Source of the DNA: Clostridia bacterium
GTDB taxonomy: Bacteria > Bacillota > Clostridia > UBA1212 > UBA1255
Assembly (NCBI GenBank): GCA_017560765.1
Contig: JAFZEI010000015.1
Span: 397 to 64,396, forward strand
DNA: 64,000 nt
Direction: 5' to 3'
Shown: piece after piece, positions 9,131-19,694 of the stretch
Layout of the letters: each line of letters starts with the position of its first letter
Position numbering within the stretch: the first letter of the stretch is position 1
Made by a program: the position numbers and the translations under genes
Notes under the pieces: generated by a model
Told to the model about the DNA's origin: nothing
What the model saw: only the letters and a program-made list of their open reading frames with translations
The model's database searches: none

Positions 9131-12100
9131 TTACAAAAATATCGCCTCTTACAGGGAAACATCCCCACATAGCTCTTTGCACAAGAGAATCGGCCAACTC
9201 GTGTATCGGACTTACATAGTCTGAATTGTCAAAGACTGCTAAAACCATATCAAGTTTTATACCTCTGAAACTATAATAGCACCACATTCTTACTAATCTT
9301 TCAAGTCTTACAGCATTTTCGACTTTGCGTATCAAAACAGTAATTATAGGATTGTCGCCTGAAATACCGTAGCCCCATAAATGCTTTTTTGTTTTATCGT
9401 CATAATATTTTCTGCCGTAAAGTAATTTAGAAGCATAACTTCTGAAAAATTGCATATCTCCTTTTCTAAAAGAAATATGTTCTTTTTCTATGAGGCAACG
9501 CGTCCTTGCCAATTCAAAAATACGTTGTGTGTTGGCAAAACTGTTAATTTCTGTAAAAGCAGTCTCTTTATTCTGATTCATGCCCATAACAAGCGAAAAA
9601 ACTGCATTTTCTCCGGCTTCGACACGCAACTTAAGATTTACTGCAAAGCATGGATTTAAAACGGTTCCAGCTATGCCTGATAACAAAAAGTCAGAACTAC
9701 CGTTTCTTCCCTTAAAAGAAAGTACATCAGTGTCATACATTATTGATTCCACCTGTTTTTTGCTTTCAGAAGAAACATCCACATAAAAGTAACTTTCCAC
9801 ATGATTATCCGTCGGCTTATGCTTTCGCCTTGTTGCCAAAAGGCAAACACTTGAGCTTTCTGTCTTTACAGCTTTCGTGGTAATAAACATTCCCGAATAA
9901 GAAGGATGCGCCGCATACGAAGCAGGATAGTCCATCATAAGTCTGCAATACAATGTTATGTTTTCATACAGCTCATTTTTCCCTTTGTTTGTAATTTTAA
10001 AAATACGAACTTCTGCGTTATCTTCCGTTGCTACACATATACTTTGTGTTACTTCCTCTTGTTTTGTAAGGTAGAGATATTCACCGCTCCCGGAATAAAC
10101 AGTACATTTTACAGGTTTCATCATTTCACCATTTAAATAAAACACAATACCCTCAGGTAAAATTTGTTCTCTGTGAACATCAATGCCCATCCCGCATAGG
10201 GAAGAATAGCTGTTTCCCTGACCGTTGATTACCACACTGTATTTACCATTTGACAGTACATGAGCATCGTGTCCGGAAATGCAAACGTACTGTTCCTGCT
10301 GTTTTTCTTCACCTGAAGGTTCTTTACGGACAAGCTCATTTTTCGTCTTTGAAGCGTGTTTTTTAAATGCTTTTTTAGGGAACTTTTCTGTAAGCATTAC
10401 TTTAACCGGTTGCATCATTGCCATGTCGCTCAAGCCTTTTGATACCATTTCGTCAAAAAGCAAGTTTGCAATGCCGCATAAAGCCATACCCACATGATGT
10501 GCCATAAAACTTTCTACAATGCCTTTTCTTCCCGGAGTAAAGTCAATTGCCTCGTAATAACCATATTTTCCCTCTGTTCCCAATCGTGACAACAGCTCCA
10601 TATTACTGAATACTGCTTGTGGCGTAATGCTGCTTGCCATTAGACTTGCATAAGGTGCTACAACTGCATCGTCATTATGCATTCTCTTGACTGCCAAAGA
10701 TTTTAGGCCAAAAGCTTTGTATTTATAATTCATATTTATATCAAGCGCATTATAACCTGATTCTGAAATACCCCAAGGTTTATCTCCCGCAAGACTTTGC
10801 TGAATTTCCAGCATTTCATAAATCGATTTATTTAAAGCCGAACCGCAAGGCGACGGCACAAACAATTCAGGCAATACATATTCAAAAACAGTTCCGGACC
10901 AAGAAAGAAGCACATTGCCATCTTCATTACATCTGCGTGCAAGAGCAGAAAAGTGTTCCGCCTCCACATCACCCTTTGCCATGGCCACATAAGAAGTCAG
11001 CCGCGCCTCCGACATAATCATATCATAAAAAGAATTTGAAAATTCCCCCGTACTGTAATTATAACCTATACATAAATGCCTATGCTTATCGTTATACAGA
11101 ATGCCAAAATCCATTGCCAAAGCCATATTTTTCATTCTGGCTGCCAGAATTTTTTTATCCTCATATAAATTAAAAACACCTTGTGTAATATTTTTTTCTG
11201 CATTAACAAGCATTTCTTTCAAATTACAGCGAAAAGAATGGGCGTCTGCCTTTTCGTTCTTTACAGGCGCAACAAGCTCTTTATAATATTGTATTACTCT
11301 CAGAAATTCTTCTTTTGTATAATTATCTTTATTTAAGAATTCTTCTAAAACCCATATTTCTGCTGTATTTCCTTTTTCTGCAAATTCGTTTAAACAACAT
11401 ACTGTATCGTACAGACCTTCAGCAGATTTTTTTATATAATCTTCTGTTGTCTCCACTTCATTTATTGAATTTATCAGTGAAGACGCTGCCAACAGGCAAG
11501 CAGCAAGATTGCCGCTGTCTACACAAGAAACGTATTTTGGTTCCAGAACCTGCAAAGACATTGTGTCATACCAATTAAAAATATGCCCGTTCCACTTGTC
11601 CATTCTGTCTAAGGTATTCATAATTTTTTCTAAACGAACAAGCATTTCTCCTTGAGATATATAACCGAAGTGTTGTGCAATTACAGTAGAAACTATCAAA
11701 AAACCAATATTTGTAGGAGATGTTCTGTGGGCTACCGAATACACCGGCGAAAATTGCACATTGTCAGGGGGCAGAAAATTATCGCTTTCTACGGCATAAT
11801 CGTAATAAAAAGCCCATATTTTTCTTGCATTAATACGAAATTTCTTTATTTGAAGCTTTGTAAGTTTTTTAGATTTATTTCCGTATCTTTGTTTAATTGT
11901 TTTTTTAGAACAAACATAAGCTCCCCACGGTCCTAAAATCCACAATACACTTGGAATTCCAAACAAAAAAGGCGCCATAACAGCTGCCGAAGCAAAATTT
12001 ATCCACATTGTTCTGTTATAGTAAGCTAATGTATTTTGTATGCTTTTGTCAGCATCAGAGGAAACAACCCATTCCAGCATTTTCTGTCTGCTGCGAAAAG

Positions 12101-14543
12101 TTCTCCACACCGCACGTATCATACCATCTGCATGAACAAGGAAAGTGTGTGGAAGCAGTATAAAATTGCTTAGTACTCGCATGATTCTTGGTACGAATCT
12201 ACCTCCCGATGTGATTAACAGTGTACCTGTAACGATAAAAACCCATAAAAAGGCATCACGGCGAAGAAAAAGCATTCCTATCACAAAAACCATAAAAAGA
12301 GCTACAGGCAACAAACTTCTTAATAAATTCATTCCGATTTTAAAACGCGAGTAAAAATTAAGAGGATTATTTTTTAATACACCTTTTTCGTTTTCAAATC
12401 TTTTTCCCAAAAAAGGAAGTAACTGCCAATCTCCTCTTATCCACCTATGCTCTCTTTTAATATATCCACCGTAGCTGCGGGGAAAACTGTCATATAAATG
12501 AACATCCGAAACAAATGCAGTTCTTACAAAGGAACCTTCCAAAAGGTCGTGGCTTAATATACTGTTTCTTTTAAATCTCCCATCAAGAACACCATTGAAA
12601 ACATAAGGATCATACATGCCCTTTCCCGTATATATTCCCTCTGCGCAAACATCAAAATAAAAATCTGATGTTTTGCATCCGTATGAATCAAATCCCACTT
12701 CATCACTGTAAATTTTTTCAAAAATTGTTGTATTTTCTCTGTCGAGTCCTGATGGGGATATTGCAGGCTGCAAAAGCCCGTAACCCTTTGTCACCACGGG
12801 TTCACCTTTTACATAACTTATCTGCGGACGGTTTAAAGGATGATACATAATTTGCGCCATTTTGACAGCCGTATTTATTGGAATTACTGAGTCCGCATCT
12901 ACTGTCAGCACATAATTCACTTTTGGCAACTCACCTTTAATAATTGCTCTGTTAAGCTCAATAAGTGCACCTCTTTTTCTCTCATACCCCATCCATTTAT
13001 TGTCTTCTTTATAAAAATCTCTTTCCCTGACAAGTATACAAAAACGTTCACCTAACTTTTCTGTTTCTGTCTTTGCATACTGAATGAGTTCCCTGTCTTC
13101 CGGTGTGGTTTTTGTGGTACTTTCAGGTAAATCTGCCAACAAAGTATACCAAATCCCCTCTTGAGGATTTGCCCAATATGCCGCCTCCAATTGCTTAATC
13201 ATTTCGTCTACTCGTTTTTTTGAGGTTATCATACATGGCAAAACTATCATAATTTTACAATCCTCAGGTAATTTACCATGAAATTCCATTTCCGGCAGCG
13301 AAAACGGCATCTTCCTGTCCGTGTACATTTTCTGTATCAATGACAAAGAAATATTCATTGACGCAATTAATATAAGCAAAACGCAAAAGGCTCCTAAAAA
13401 TATTCCGAATATACCGTAAAGTTCCATAGAAAGCCCATACGCATAAACTCCGGGGCAAAAGGCCAAAACGGCAGAAGTAAACAAGAACATAACAAAAAAA
13501 GAGCCAAAGTCATTATGCTTTGTATAGTCCTCATATATAAAATCCCCTACATGAGCCTGCCGGTTTTGAGCCTTTTCCAATACTTCCAATGCATATTTTT
13601 CGGGAGAGGTATGTTTGCGTTTTGCACATACTTGTACAATACGCAAATATTCACGTCTTGACTTGGATGTCATTTTGTTAAAAATTCCCGTGGGATCTTT
13701 GCGTAAAATCTGCTCTGTAACACAAAGCTCAGACATAATTTTATCCCAATCCAGTGACGGCAAATCCCTTAGACTTTTTATGGCATTTCCCATAGAAACA
13801 CCTAATGAAATTCTCGTTCTGTGTTCTCTTTCTATCAGCTCTTCAACCGTTGTTCCTTTTGCTGCCAGCTTACCGGAAAGAGCAGTTCTTATTGTGTCAT
13901 TCTGTTCTAATTCAGCAGACAACCGAAGTACAGTTTCGGCAAAAACAGGCGTTATCATATCTGCATTATCAAACAAAACAGCTGCACTTCTCATGCGCTG
14001 CCCATTTTCCGTAGTGTAAGAAGAAAACTCTCTGAAAATTTTCTCGGCTGTTTTTCTGTCTTTGTATATTTTATCCGAAATTTTACAAATTTCTGCAATT
14101 CTCTTAATAAGTGCCACTTGTAGCATACATGGCAAAAACGTAAGAGACTCGGTATCTATTGGTCTTATTTTTTCATACGACGTTACAAAATCCAATATTT
14201 CCCGCTGCCCAATGCAGCCATCTGTATGCGAAGCAATTTCCGCCGCCAAATCATAAACAGGTAAAATTTTACGACTGTATTCTTCGTTTTTTACACTTTC
14301 GGCAGCCTCATTTACAACATGATAATTGTCAGCTATCCACTCGTCCGACGGAATACTTTGCAATTTTTGCGTATTTTCGCCATCTGACATAATTCTGCTG
14401 TATGTTTCATCTATACTTCCACTGCATTTTTCTATTGACGGAATGCTCCTTACGCCGTATCTGCCTTGCAAATGCTTTTCTCCGATATTTGCAGCATGCT
14501 TTATATATTCTTTTCCCGTTAATAATGTATCCTCAAGAATCAT
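9063..14543 (-). CDS. Cyclic beta-1,2-glucan synthase-like protein, N-terminal part (GT84 glycosyltransferase, membrane segments, start of GH94 region)
   Basis: 1826 aa. TM helices surround a GT84-like domain (YERKRGALIELNRAI, YVLTVDADSVIP, HRWIRGDWQLLPF), followed by GH94 N-terminal/barrel-like sequence. The frame ends at 9063 and overlaps the next ORF. Confidence 0.7.
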   Translation of the reverse strand: MILEDTLLTGKEYIKHAANIGEKHLQGRYGVRSIPSIEKCSGSIDETYSRIMSDGENTQKLQSIPSDEWIADNYHVVNEAAESVKNEEYSRKILPVYDLAAEIASHTDGCIGQREILDFVTSYEKIRPIDTESLTFLPCMLQVALIKRIAEICKISDKIYKDRKTAEKIFREFSSYTTENGQRMRSAAVLFDNADMITPVFAETVLRLSAELEQNDTIRTALSGKLAAKGTTVEELIEREHRTRISLGVSMGNAIKSLRDLPSLDWDKIMSELCVTEQILRKDPTGIFNKMTSKSRREYLRIVQVCAKRKHTSPEKYALEVLEKAQNRQAHVGDFIYEDYTKHNDFGSFFVMFLFTSAVLAFCPGVYAYGLSMELYGIFGIFLGAFCVLLILIASMNISLSLIQKMYTDRKMPFSLPEMEFHGKLPEDCKIMIVLPCMITSKKRVDEMIKQLEAAYWANPQEGIWYTLLADLPESTTKTTPEDRELIQYAKTETEKLGERFCILVRERDFYKEDNKWMGYERKRGALIELNRAIIKGELPKVNYVLTVDADSVIPINTAVKMAQIMYHPLNRPQISYVKGEPVVTKGYGLLQPAISPSGLDRENTTIFEKIYSDEVGFDSYGCKTSDFYFDVCAEGIYTGKGMYDPYVFNGVLDGRFKRNSILSHDLLEGSFVRTAFVSDVHLYDSFPRSYGGYIKREHRWIRGDWQLLPFLGKRFENEKGVLKNNPLNFYSRFKIGMNLLRSLLPVALFMVFVIGMLFLRRDAFLWVFIVTGTLLITSGGRFVPRIMRVLSNFILLPHTFLVHADGMIRAVWRTFRSRQKMLEWVVSSDADKSIQNTLAYYNRTMWINFASAAVMAPFLFGIPSVLWILGPWGAYVCSKKTIKQRYGNKSKKLTKLQIKKFRINARKIWAFYYDYAVESDNFLPPDNVQFSPVYSVAHRTSPTNIGFLIVSTVIAQHFGYISQGEMLVRLEKIMNTLDRMDKWNGHIFNWYDTMSLQVLEPKYVSCVDSGNLAACLLAASSLINSINEVETTEDYIKKSAEGLYDTVCCLNEFAEKGNTAEIWVLEEFLNKDNYTKEEFLRVIQYYKELVAPVKNEKADAHSFRCNLKEMLVNAEKNITQGVFNLYEDKKILAARMKNMALAMDFGILYNDKHRHLCIGYNYSTGEFSNSFYDMIMSEARLTSYVAMAKGDVEAEHFSALARRCNEDGNVLLSWSGTVFEYVLPELFVPSPCGSALNKSIYEMLEIQQSLAGDKPWGISESGYNALDINMNYKYKAFGLKSLAVKRMHNDDAVVAPYASLMASSITPQAVFSNMELLSRLGTEGKYGYYEAIDFTPGRKGIVESFMAHHVGMALCGIANLLFDEMVSKGLSDMAMMQPVKVMLTEKFPKKAFKKHASKTKNELVRKEPSGEEKQQEQYVCISGHDAHVLSNGKYSVVINGQGNSYSSLCGMGIDVHREQILPEGIVFYLNGEMMKPVKCTVYSGSGEYLYLTKQEEVTQSICVATEDNAEVRIFKITNKGKNELYENITLYCRLMMDYPASYAAHPSYSGMFITTKAVKTESSSVCLLATRRKHKPTDNHVESYFYVDVSSESKKQVESIMYDTDVLSFKGRNGSSDFLLSGIAGTVLNPCFAVNLKLRVEAGENAVFSLVMGMNQNKETAFTEINSFANTQRIFELARTRCLIEKEHISFRKGDMQFFRSYASKLLYGRKYYDDKTKKHLWGYGISGDNPIITVLIRKVENAVRLERLVRMWCYYSFRGIKLDMVLAVFDNSDYVSPIHELADSLVQRAMWGCFPVRGDIFVIVPKDSNGAAPIIEASNLVFWL

Positions 14544-14600
14544 TTCACAACTACACCTCGTTGCTTTATTATTCGCAAGGAAGGTAAATTTTATACAAAT

Positions 14601-15392
14601 TCAGACCTTTTTCAATCTGGAATAATCGCCCTCTCTCATTGTGCAATAAATTCTGGATGGATCAAGCTCCCAGCCGTTTCCTGTATTCCTGTTTAGCAGT
14701 TCATCAACAGTTACAAAACGATATCCTTTTTCTTTTAAAATATCCATGGCTCTGAATGCTGTTTCTATAGATGTTTCATAATTATCATGGAGTAAAACAA
14801 TATCTCCGTCAAAAGTGTTTTCAACTATTGTTTTTACCATTTTATCTATATTTCTGCATTGCCAATCACGAGTATCATAATATCCCCAGCAAACAGTTAT
14901 CATGGGTGCTGCTATATTTCTCACCCAAGGAGCAGTCAATGCGCTGCCTCCCGGTGGTCTCATATATTTAGTCTCCTGACCTGTTATTTCTTTTATAAGT
15001 TCATTTGTTTTTTTTAGCTCATAATCAACTTTTTCATGTGTTGATTTGCTGAGCCAACAATGAGAATACGAATGATTTGCAACAGTATGTCCCTCTCTTG
15101 CCATACGTGCAACAAGCTCTCTGCCTTTTGCAATCTCCCAATCCTCATATTTACCGGATTTATAATCCAATCTTTCACCTACAACAAAAAAAGTTGCTTT
15201 TGCATCTCTTTCGGCCAAACCATCCAAAAGCTTTTTTGTATATATGGGATTTGGCCCGTCATCAAACGTAAAAGCGACCATGGGCTTTATTCCCTCTCCG
15301 TTATCTGCTTTTACATAAACAGGAAAGAAAAGCGACAATACAATTACTAACCAAATTATAAAAATTGTTTCTATAAGATACACTTTGCGCAT
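14601..15392 (-). CDS. Polysaccharide deacetylase (NodB homology domain), membrane-anchored/secreted
   Basis: N-terminal TM segment. NodB motifs TFDDGP and HSYSH. Confidence 0.8.
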   Translation of the reverse strand: MRKVYLIETIFIIWLVIVLSLFFPVYVKADNGEGIKPMVAFTFDDGPNPIYTKKLLDGLAERDAKATFFVVGERLDYKSGKYEDWEIAKGRELVARMAREGHTVANHSYSHCWLSKSTHEKVDYELKKTNELIKEITGQETKYMRPPGGSALTAPWVRNIAAPMITVCWGYYDTRDWQCRNIDKMVKTIVENTFDGDIVLLHDNYETSIETAFRAMDILKEKGYRFVTVDELLNRNTGNGWELDPSRIYCTMREGDYSRLKKV

Positions 15393-15474
15393 AAAAAAAC
15401 TCCTTCACACGATAATGTGACGGAGTTTATTATTAGCAAAATTATTTCATTGAAACAGAAAATTAATGTAAATT

Positions 15475-16143
15475 TTAAATTGCGCCGGCATCTATTGCTT
15501 GCTGCATTATTTTCACCCCTGAAGAAGTTCCCAATCTGCTGGCTCCTGCCTCTATCAAGGCTGCTGCTTCTTCATACGTGCGTATTCCTCCGGAAGCCTT
15601 TACAAGTGTACATTCAAACAAGTCGACATTTTTTTTAAGCAATTCAACATCTTTAACTGTAGCCTTTCCCTCTGTGAAACCTGTACATGTCTTAACAAAA
15701 TCAGCACGTGCTTCACAAACAAGCTTTACAGCCATGTCTTTTTCATGTTCCGTAAGAAGTCCTGTTTCTATAATAACTTTTAAAGTTCCGCCGCGAATTG
15801 CGCGTTTGACAGCTGCTATTTCATTTACAACAAAACTGTATCTACGTTCCTTCAGTGCCGCCAAATTCATTACCATATCGTACTCATCACAGCCATTTTC
15901 GCAGGCTTCTTCTGCTTCTGCCATCTTAATTCTTACAGAATTCGCTCCCAAAGGGAATCCTATAACGGTGCACACCTTTACATCCGTTCCTTTTAAAAGA
16001 CCGCTTGCCAACGGAACATATATCGGATTTACGCATACAGAGGCAAATTTCCAATATGCCGCTTCTGTGCAAAGCTTTTCTATATCAAATCTCGTTGCTG
16101 AAGATTTTAAATTTGTATGGTCAATATATTCGTTAAGATTCAT
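15475..16143 (-). CDS. deoC: Deoxyribose-phosphate aldolase
   Basis: 222 aa. DeoC family signature and Schiff-base Lys region (IIETGLL...KTCTGF). Confidence 0.85.
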   Translation of the reverse strand: MNLNEYIDHTNLKSSATRFDIEKLCTEAAYWKFASVCVNPIYVPLASGLLKGTDVKVCTVIGFPLGANSVRIKMAEAEEACENGCDEYDMVMNLAALKERRYSFVVNEIAAVKRAIRGGTLKVIIETGLLTEHEKDMAVKLVCEARADFVKTCTGFTEGKATVKDVELLKKNVDLFECTLVKASGGIRTYEEAAALIEAGASRLGTSSGVKIMQQAIDAGAI

Positions 16144-16161
16144 TATATATCTTTTCCTTTC

Positions 16162-17397
16162 TTAATCTCTTTTGAAAAGGTCTCTCGTATACACTTTCTC
16201 TTTAACATCATCAAGGCAAGCGTCATATCTGTTTGCTATTATACAATCACACTGCTTTTTAAAAGTCTCTAGGTCATTTACAATTTTACTGCCGTAAAAT
16301 ACTGAATTATCCTCCAAAGTCGGCTCATAAATAATAACAGTCGTTCCTTCTGCTTTTATTCTCTTCATTACTCCCTGTATAGAACTCTGTCGGAAATTGT
16401 CGGAATTGCTCTTCATTGTCAATCTATAAACGCCTACAGTGAGATTTTGCGCGTTATTTCCGTCAAAGCCTGCCTTTTTTAGCACACGCTCCGCAATAAA
16501 ATCTTTTCTCGTCCTGTTGCTTTCTACAATCGCACCTATCAGATTTTCAGGAATATCTGCATAATTCGCAAGCAACTGCTTTGTATCTTTTGGCAAGCAG
16601 TACCCTCCGTAACCGAATGAAGGATTATTGTAGTGATTGCCTATTCTTGGGTCTAAACATACACCTTCTATTATTGCTTGTGTGTCAAGGCCTTTGATTT
16701 CCGCATACGTATCCAGCTCATTAAAATACGATACTCTCAAAGCCAAATATGTGTTTGCAAAAAGCTTCACTGCCTCTGCCTCTGTAGTTCCCATGAAAAG
16801 AGTATCAACATTTTCTTTGATTGCGCCTTCTTGTAAAAGTTCTGCAAAAGTATGAGCTGCTGTCACAAGCTTCTCGTTTTGCATATCCGTTCCCACTATT
16901 ATTCTTGACGGATACAAGTTGTCATACAAAGCTTTTGATTCTCTTAAAAACTCAGGGCTGAAAAGTATGTTTTCTGTGTTATATTTTTTTCTTACTTTTT
17001 CTGTGAAGCCTACAGGTATTGTGGATTTTATTACCATTACAGCATTTGGATTGCATTTTTTTACAAGTTCTATGACTGCTTCGACTGCCGTTGTGTCGAA
17101 ATAATTTTTTGTGCTGTCATAATTGGTTGGTGCTGCAATAACTATAAAATCTGCATCGGAATATGCTTTGTCCCCATCTACCGTTGCTGTTAGATTTAAT
17201 TCTTTGGTAGATAAATATTCTTCAATTTCTTTGTCCTGTATGGGTGATTTTTTTTCATTAATAAGAGCTACCTTTTCAGGGACAATGTCTACAGCAGTAA
17301 CTTGATTATGCTGTGCCAAAAGGACAGCTAATGAAAGTCCCACATATCCTGTTCCGGCAACTGCAATTTTAAAATTATTCATATTATCCTCCCACAA
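16162..17397 (-). CDS. ugd: UDP-glucose 6-dehydrogenase (nucleotide-sugar dehydrogenase family)
   Basis: N-terminal Rossmann motif [10 protein letters not shown], catalytic Cys region GGYCLPKD and a C-terminal UDP-binding domain. Confidence 0.85.
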   Translation of the reverse strand: MWEDNMNNFKIAVAGTGYVGLSLAVLLAQHNQVTAVDIVPEKVALINEKKSPIQDKEIEEYLSTKELNLTATVDGDKAYSDADFIVIAAPTNYDSTKNYFDTTAVEAVIELVKKCNPNAVMVIKSTIPVGFTEKVRKKYNTENILFSPEFLRESKALYDNLYPSRIIVGTDMQNEKLVTAAHTFAELLQEGAIKENVDTLFMGTTEAEAVKLFANTYLALRVSYFNELDTYAEIKGLDTQAIIEGVCLDPRIGNHYNNPSFGYGGYCLPKDTKQLLANYADIPENLIGAIVESNRTRKDFIAERVLKKAGFDGNNAQNLTVGVYRLTMKSNSDNFRQSSIQGVMKRIKAEGTTVIIYEPTLEDNSVFYGSKIVNDLETFKKQCDCIIANRYDACLDDVKEKVYTRDLFKRD

Positions 17398-17400
17398 AAT

Positions 17401-18582
17401 TTACGAAATAATTTCTGCAGAAATTTTTTTGCAAGAGAGCTTTTCGCAAGGTTCCCAAATCTGCTTTTCTGCCATAAGAGCTCTGATTTTTTGTATGATA
17501 TCGTTTTCTTCATTATTACACCATAAATATCTGTCAAAGCCTGCAATATACTCTATCATTGCTTCTTTGTTATCTCCGTCTACAAGTACAAGCACAGGTC
17601 TGTTAGTAGCAGCATAATGATAAAGCTTTCCCGGTATTTGCGTGCCTTTTTTATTAAGAACGCAAATATATAAATCAGTTTTCTTTTCAAGCTCACTTAT
17701 ATCGCCTCTTGGAAAAACATTTATATTATCTGTTTTTTCAAGTGCAAAATCTGCTTTTCCCATAACATTCAATATCAATTCATTCTTCATGCCGTTACAA
17801 GCATTATACAAAGGCATAATATCTCTGTTATTCGAAAAATAATCTCCGTAATAACCTACAGTAAATATATTATTTTTTGTTTCACGATAAATCTTCGTTT
17901 CGATGAACGGAGTAGGCACAAATATCATTTTGTTTGCAAACTCCGGTTGTATTCTCTGCTCTTCTTGTAGTGTGAACGGTGATGTATAAACAATTTTATC
18001 TGCCTTTGAAAAGAGCTTTTTTTCTTCTCTTTTTATTGCTTTTTTAGTGTATATTGTTTTTGATGCTGAGATATCTCCTACCAAAGGGTCTCCCCAATAC
18101 TGTATCCACTTTTTATAAGTTAAACCTTGCTCAACTAATTTTGCCATAGCTATATGGCTTGTCTTTGGATCGGAATCTGACATCACATACTCATATTCTT
18201 TTGACGGAAGTTTTTCTATAGAAACTTTTTTTGCGATATCATGTGTAAAATCGTAAAGTGTTGTATAATGATACAATTTTCTTGCTATTTTAAATAGTTT
18301 ATGTTTTATACCGCCTTTTGAACCGCTAAGCATTCCGTATACTGCTTGATTTGCACCGCCGTTTTTTTCTTCATCTGCATAAATTATATTGACTTGCTCC
18401 ATAAAACCATAGCCGGACAAATCCTTTAATACTATATTTGAATTTGCATGAATGCAGAACAAATCTACTTCATATCCGTTCTCAACGAATCCCTTTATTA
18501 CAGCCAATGTTCTAATCATGGATGATGAAGAAGCATTTGGTGCTGCCATTTTTACTACGAGAATTTTTTTGTTATTTTTCAT
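17401..18582 (-). CDS. Putative glycosyltransferase (GT-B fold, GT4-like)
   Basis: 393 aa with an N-terminal Rossmann-like half and a C-terminal half typical of GT-B enzymes. Only weak motif conservation can be judged by eye. Confidence 0.4.
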   Translation of the reverse strand: MKNNKKILVVKMAAPNASSSSMIRTLAVIKGFVENGYEVDLFCIHANSNIVLKDLSGYGFMEQVNIIYADEEKNGGANQAVYGMLSGSKGGIKHKLFKIARKLYHYTTLYDFTHDIAKKVSIEKLPSKEYEYVMSDSDPKTSHIAMAKLVEQGLTYKKWIQYWGDPLVGDISASKTIYTKKAIKREEKKLFSKADKIVYTSPFTLQEEQRIQPEFANKMIFVPTPFIETKIYRETKNNIFTVGYYGDYFSNNRDIMPLYNACNGMKNELILNVMGKADFALEKTDNINVFPRGDISELEKKTDLYICVLNKKGTQIPGKLYHYAATNRPVLVLVDGDNKEAMIEYIAGFDRYLWCNNEENDIIQKIRALMAEKQIWEPCEKLSCKKISAEIIS

Positions 18583-19669
18583 TTTCCAATATATCCGCTA
18601 TTCTTTTGCATGCAAAACCATCCCCGTAAGGATTGCTGGCATGTGCCATCTTGTTATATTCTTCTTTGTTATCCAGAAGCTTCGTAAAATTATTATATAT
18701 CACTTCTTCATCTGTGCCTACCAGCTTTAATGTGCCGGCTTCAATCCCTTCCGGGCGTTCCGTTGTATCTCTCATAACGAGAACAGGTTTACCCAAAGAG
18801 GGCGCTTCCTCCTGTATTCCGCCGGAGTCTGTAAGTATCATATAGCTGTTAGCCAAAAAGTTATGAAAATCGAGTACCTCCAATGGCTCAATAATATGAA
18901 TTCTGTCACAATTGCCCAACTCTTCTGAGGCTGCTTGTCTTACAACCGGATTCATATGAATGGGATAAATTGCCTTTACGTCAGGGTGTTCGTCTAATAC
19001 TCTACGTATTGCACGGAACATATTATGCATAGGCTGTCCCAAATTTTCTCTGCGGTGTGCTGTTATAAGAATCAGTCGGCTGTCTTTTGCCCATTCCAAC
19101 TCTTTATGAAAATACTCTGTCTTTACAGTAGTTTTTAAAGCATCTATAGCCGTATTTCCCGTAACATATATATACTTTTCATCTTTGCCTTCTTTTACAA
19201 GATTTTCTTTTGCGAGTAAGGTAGGTGCAAAGTTATATTTTGCAACAATAGATACTGCCTGTCTGTTAAACTCCTCAGGATAAGGACTGTATATATTAAA
19301 TGTTCTCAATCCTGCTTCAACATGTCCGATTGGAATTTGCAAATAAAAACAAGCAAGTGCAGTAACAAAAGTTGTGGAAGTATCACCATGAACAAGAACG
19401 ACATCAGGCTTTACTTGTTCTAATACAGCTTTAATACTGTTTAATATATTTGTAGTTATATCAAACAATGTTTGTTTTTCTTTCATTACAGATAAATCAT
19501 AATCCGGCGTTACATCAAAAGCGTCCAAAACTTGATCAAGCATTTGTCTGTGCTGTCCTGTAACACAAACGACAGTATTTATATTTTTTCTTTTTTTTAG
19601 CTCGTTTACAAGAGGACACATTTTAATTGCCTCAGGTCTTGTGCCGAAAACTAACATTACTGTTTTCAT
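18572..19669 (-). CDS. wecB: UDP-N-acetylglucosamine 2-epimerase (non-hydrolysing)
   Basis: N-terminal MKTVMLVFGTRPEAIKM. Conserved HVEAGLRT and GNT motifs. Confidence 0.9.
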   Translation of the reverse strand: MKTVMLVFGTRPEAIKMCPLVNELKKRKNINTVVCVTGQHRQMLDQVLDAFDVTPDYDLSVMKEKQTLFDITTNILNSIKAVLEQVKPDVVLVHGDTSTTFVTALACFYLQIPIGHVEAGLRTFNIYSPYPEEFNRQAVSIVAKYNFAPTLLAKENLVKEGKDEKYIYVTGNTAIDALKTTVKTEYFHKELEWAKDSRLILITAHRRENLGQPMHNMFRAIRRVLDEHPDVKAIYPIHMNPVVRQAASEELGNCDRIHIIEPLEVLDFHNFLANSYMILTDSGGIQEEAPSLGKPVLVMRDTTERPEGIEAGTLKLVGTDEEVIYNNFTKLLDNKEEYNKMAHASNPYGDGFACKRIADILENEK

Positions 19670-19694
19670 TATAATACCTTCTTCTGTTTATAAA

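Noticed and set aside
9450-14625. Numerous 60-130-aa plus-strand ORFs inside the Cgs-like gene
   Set aside because: All are antisense to a long conserved CDS. Their Phe/Leu/Ile-rich translations are typical of AT-rich antisense frames.
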